DNA from: Blepharisma stoltei ATCC 30299
Taxonomy: Eukaryota > Protista > Ciliophora
NCBI GenBank assembly: GCA_965603825.1
Contig: CBFDEM010000012.1
Coordinates: 784,073-848,072 of the forward strand
Direction: 5' to 3'
Length of the DNA: 64,000 nt
A model generated the notes under the pieces. The model ran no database searches. It saw nothing but the letters and a program-made list of their open reading frames with translations, and had not been told where the DNA came from. Positions within the stretch are counted from its first letter, which is position 1; every line of letters starts with the position of its first letter. The position numbers were made by a program, and so were the translations under genes. Below are positions 60,481 through 64,000 of this stretch, piece after piece.

Positions 60481-60520
60481 AATTATTATAATGACTGCTT
60501 ATTAAAATCCAAATTTTATT

Positions 60521-62024
60521 CTAAATCTGCATTTTTTGAAGTAGTTCAATACGGTCTCGGCCTAATACGTCGTTAATAAAATTGATATCTTTTCTAGAAA
60601 GCTTCCATTCATTCCCAGTGAAAACACCATTTACTTGATTTCCTTGCTTCAAATGATAAGCCTTGCTAAAGTCCTGCAAAGCCGCTTCTTCTTGTTTGAG
60701 ATTATTAAATAGTCTTGCTCGCCAGCAGAAATGCAAAGGATTATTGGGTTCAAGTTTTATTGCCTCATCATAGCATTGCATAGCTTCTTTATATTTCTCT
60801 AAAACATAAAAAGTATTGCCTTTACCATTATAATACTTGGCCTTATTTGAATTGATTTTGATTGCTTCATCATAGCTCTCTACTGCTTCTGTGTATCTTC
60901 CTAATTTATTTAAGTAAAAATCAGCATCTTTTGGGTTGAGTTTAATTGCTACGTCATAGCATTCGATTGCTTCTAGATATCTTTGTAAAATCTTAAAAGC
61001 GTTACCTTTATTATTGTAAAAAATAGCATTGTTTGGATTGAGTTTAATTGCTTCGTCATAGCATTCGATTGCTTCTAGATATCTTTCTAAATCATAAAAA
61101 GCGTCGCCTTTATTATTGTATAAATCAGCATCTTTTGGATGGAGTTTAATTGCTACGTCATAGCATTCGATTGCTTCTAGATATCTTTCTAAATCATAAA
61201 AAGCGTCGCCTTTATTATTGTATAAATCAGCATCTTTTGGATTGAGTTTGATTGCTTCTTCATAGCATTCGATTGCTTCTAGATATCTTTGTAAGATCTT
61301 AAAAGCGTTGCCTTTATTATTGTAAAATATAGCGTAGTTTGGATTGAGTTTAATTGCTTTGTTATAGCATTCGATTGCTTCTAGATATCTTTCTAAATCA
61401 TAAAAAGCGTTACCTTTATTATAGTATAAAACAGCGTCTTTTGGATTGAGTTTGATTGCTACGTCATAGCATTCCATTACTTCTAGATATCTTTTTAAAT
61501 AAGACAAAGCGTTGCTTTTATTATTGTATAAATCAGTATCTTTTGGATGGAGTTTGATTGCTTTGTCATAGCATTCGATTGCTTCTAGATATTTTTTTAA
61601 ATAATAAAAAGCGTGGCCTTTATTATTGTATAAATCAGCATTGTTTGGATTGAGTTTGATTGCTTCGTCATAGCATTCGATTGCTTCTAGATATCTTTCT
61701 AAATCATAAAAAGTTTTGCCTTTTTTATTGTATAAATCAGCATCTTTTGGACGGAGTTTGATTGCTTCGTCATAGCATTCGATTGCTTCTAGATTTTTTG
61801 CTAAATATTCTAGAGTAATATCTTTTACATTGCATTCATCCAGATAATAAGGATCGAGCTTAAAACTCTGGCCATTGCGCTTTATTGCTTCAATCTTTTT
61901 ACCTACTCTTCTAATTGAGATATGCTCAACATAATAAGCAACATCAATAGTGATTTTTTGATCTAAATTAAAATAATAATATTCTCGATTTGATGAGAAA
62001 GAGAGAATAGTTGAGATATGAATT
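60521..62024 (-). pseudogene. Headless TPR array gene next to the telomere
   Basis: The frame is open upstream of the track start (61507) to a stop near 62025, with no ATG ahead of the array. It is made of near-identical 102-bp repeats (RYLEAIECYDEAIKLNP). Confidence 0.75.
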
Positions 62025-62094
62025 TAGACTAATTAGCGTTTGCTGACTCTATGATTTTGTAAATTATGATTTTAAGTTTTGAATAAAAAAGTAC

Positions 62095-64000
62095 TTAGGG
62101 TGTTAGGGTGTTAGGGTGTTAGGGTGTTAGGGTGTTAGGGTGTTAGGGTGTTAGGGTGTTAGGGTGTTAGGGTGTTAGGGTGTTAGGGTGTTAGGGTGTT
62201 AGGGTGTTAGGGTGTTAGGGTGTTAGGGTGTTAGGGTGTTAGGGTGTTAGGGTGTTAGGGTGTTAGGGTGTTAGGGTGTTAGGGTGTTAGGGTGTTAGGG
62301 TGTTAGGGTGTTAGGGTGTTAGGGTGTTAGGGTGTTAGGGTGTTAGGGTGTTAGGGTGTTAGGGTGTTAGGGTGTTAGGGTGTTAGGGTGTTAGGGTGTT
62401 AGGGTGTTAGGGTGTTAGGGTGTTAGGGTGTTAGGGTGTTAGGGTGTTAGGGTGTTAGGGTGTTAGGGTGTTAGGGTGTTAGGGTGTTAGGGTGTTAGGG
62501 TGTTAGGGTGTTAGGGTGTTAGGGGTGTTAGGGTGTTAGGGTGTTAGGGTGTTAGGGTGTTAGGGTGTTAGGGTGTTAGGGTGTTAGGGTGTTAGGGTGT
62601 TAGGGTGTTAGGGTGTTAGGGTGTTAGGGTGTTAGGGTGTTAGGGTGTTAGGGTGTTAGGGTGTTAGGGTGTTAGGGTGTTAGGGTGTTAGGGTGTTAGG
62701 GTGTTAGGGTGTTAGGGTGTTAGGGTGTTAGGGTGTTAGGGTGTTAGGGTGTTAGGGTGTTAGGGTGTTAGGGTGTTAGGGTGTTAGGGTGTTAGGGTGT
62801 TAGGGTGTTAGGGTGTTAGGGTGTTAGGGTGTTAGGGTGTTAGGGTGTTAGGGTGTTAGGGTGTTAGGGTGTTAGGGTGTTAGGGTGTTAGGGTGTTAGG
62901 GTGTTAGGGTGTTAGGGTGTTAGGGTGTTAGGGTGTTAGGGTGTTAGGGTGTTAGGGTGTTAGGGTGTTAGGGTGTTAGGGTGTTAGGGTGTTAGGGTGT
63001 TAGGGTGTTAGGGTGTTAGGGTGTTAGGGTGTTAGGGTGTTAGGGTGTTAGGGTGTTAGGGTGTTAGGGTGTTAGGGTGTTAGGGTGTTAGGGTGTTAGG
63101 GTGTTAGGGTGTTAGGGTGTTAGGGTGTTAGGGTGTTAGGGTGTTAGGGTGTTAGGGTGTTAGGGTGTTAGGGTGTTAGGGTGTTAGGGTGTTAGGGTGT
63201 TAGGGTGTTAGGGTGTTAGGGTGTTAGGGTGTTAGGGTGTTAGGGTGTTAGGGTGTTAGGGTGTTAGGGTGTTAGGGTGTTAGGGTGTTAGGGTGTTAGG
63301 GTGTTAGGGTGTTAGGGTGTTAGGGTGTTAGGGTGTTAGGGTGTTAGGGTGTTAGGGTGTTAGGGTGTTAGGGTGTTAGGGTGTTAGGGTGTTAGGGTGT
63401 TAGGGTGTTAGGGTGTTAGGGTGTTAGGGTGTTAGGGTGTTAGGGTGTTAGGGTGTTAGGGTGTTAGGGTGTTAGGGTGTTAGGGTGTTAGGGTGTTAGG
63501 GTGTTAGGGTGTTAGGGTGTTAGGGTGTTAGGGTGTTAGGGTGTTAGGGTGTTAGGGTGTTAGGGTGTTAGGGTGTTAGGGTGTTAGGGTGTTAGGGTGT
63601 TAGGGTGTTAGGGTGTTAGGGTGTTAGGGTGTTAGGGTGTTAGGGTGTTAGGGTGTTAGGGTGTTAGGGTGTTAGGGTGTTAGGGTGTTAGGGTGTTAGG
63701 GTGTTAGGGTGTTAGGGTGTTAGGGTGTTAGGGTGTTAGGGTGTTAGGGTGTTAGGGTGTTAGGGTGTTAGGGTGTTAGGGTGTTAGGGTGTTAGGGTGT
63801 TAGGGTGTTAGGGTGTTAGGGTGTTGAGGGTGTTAGGGTGTTAGGGTGTTAGGGTGTTAGGGTGTTAGGGTGTTAGGGTGTTAGGGTGTTAGGGTGTTAG
63901 GGTGTTAGGGTGTTAGGGTGTTAGGGTGTTAGGGTGTTAGGGTGTTAGGGTGTTAGGGTGTTAGGGTGTTAGGGTGTTAGGGTGTTAGGGTGTTAGGGTG
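62095..64000 (+). repeat. Telomere (TGTTAGGG)n / (CCCTAACA)n
   Basis: Near-perfect 8-mer array to the window end, G-rich strand oriented outward; junction AAAAAAGTAC|TTAGGG. Confidence 0.99.

Noticed and set aside
54990-61800. CRISPR-like repeat/spacer pattern in the 102-bp repeats
   Set aside because: The units are in-frame 34-aa TPR coding repeats, and no cas genes are present.
62095-64000. CRISPR array or satellite
   Set aside because: It is a spacerless 8-mer in outward G-strand orientation matching the heterotrich telomere repeat.
1-64000. Window being germline (IES-containing) sequence
   Set aside because: More than 20 intact genes read through without inserts; IES-like inserts occur only in pseudogenes.

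Overview
This is the right end of a somatic (macronuclear) chromosome from a heterotrich ciliate, most consistent with Blepharisma. Three sequence signatures support this: in-frame TGA sits at conserved Trp positions while genes stop only at TAA/TAG, introns are 15-16 nt GT..AG, and the window ends in a (CCCTAACA)n telomere from 62095. The supplied ORF track is therefore fragmented and was re-read with UGA=Trp. Positions 1-23 kb are a dense housekeeping zone (DCAF11-like, NAA20, Kelch/Cys-rich membrane protein, methyltransferase, FAM135-like lipase, U-box, IFT144/WDR19, R2R3-Myb, NOP53, RNF170). Positions 23-62 kb are a subtelomeric accessory zone. It holds a cluster of 8 copies or relics of a small putative winged-helix gene family sharing one 15-nt intron, placed on both sides of a ~2160-aa Ser/Thr-rich putatively GPI-anchored surface protein. 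It also holds a ~6-kb segmental duplication, a truncated MULE transposon that destroyed one family member, atypical Rab1-like GTPases, pseudogenes interrupted by IES-like inserts that all begin TATATC, a class-C-GPCR-like receptor, a TPR gene cluster with non-LTR retroelement relics, and a headless TPR frame next to the telomere. All translations and alignments were done by eye; no database searches were run.
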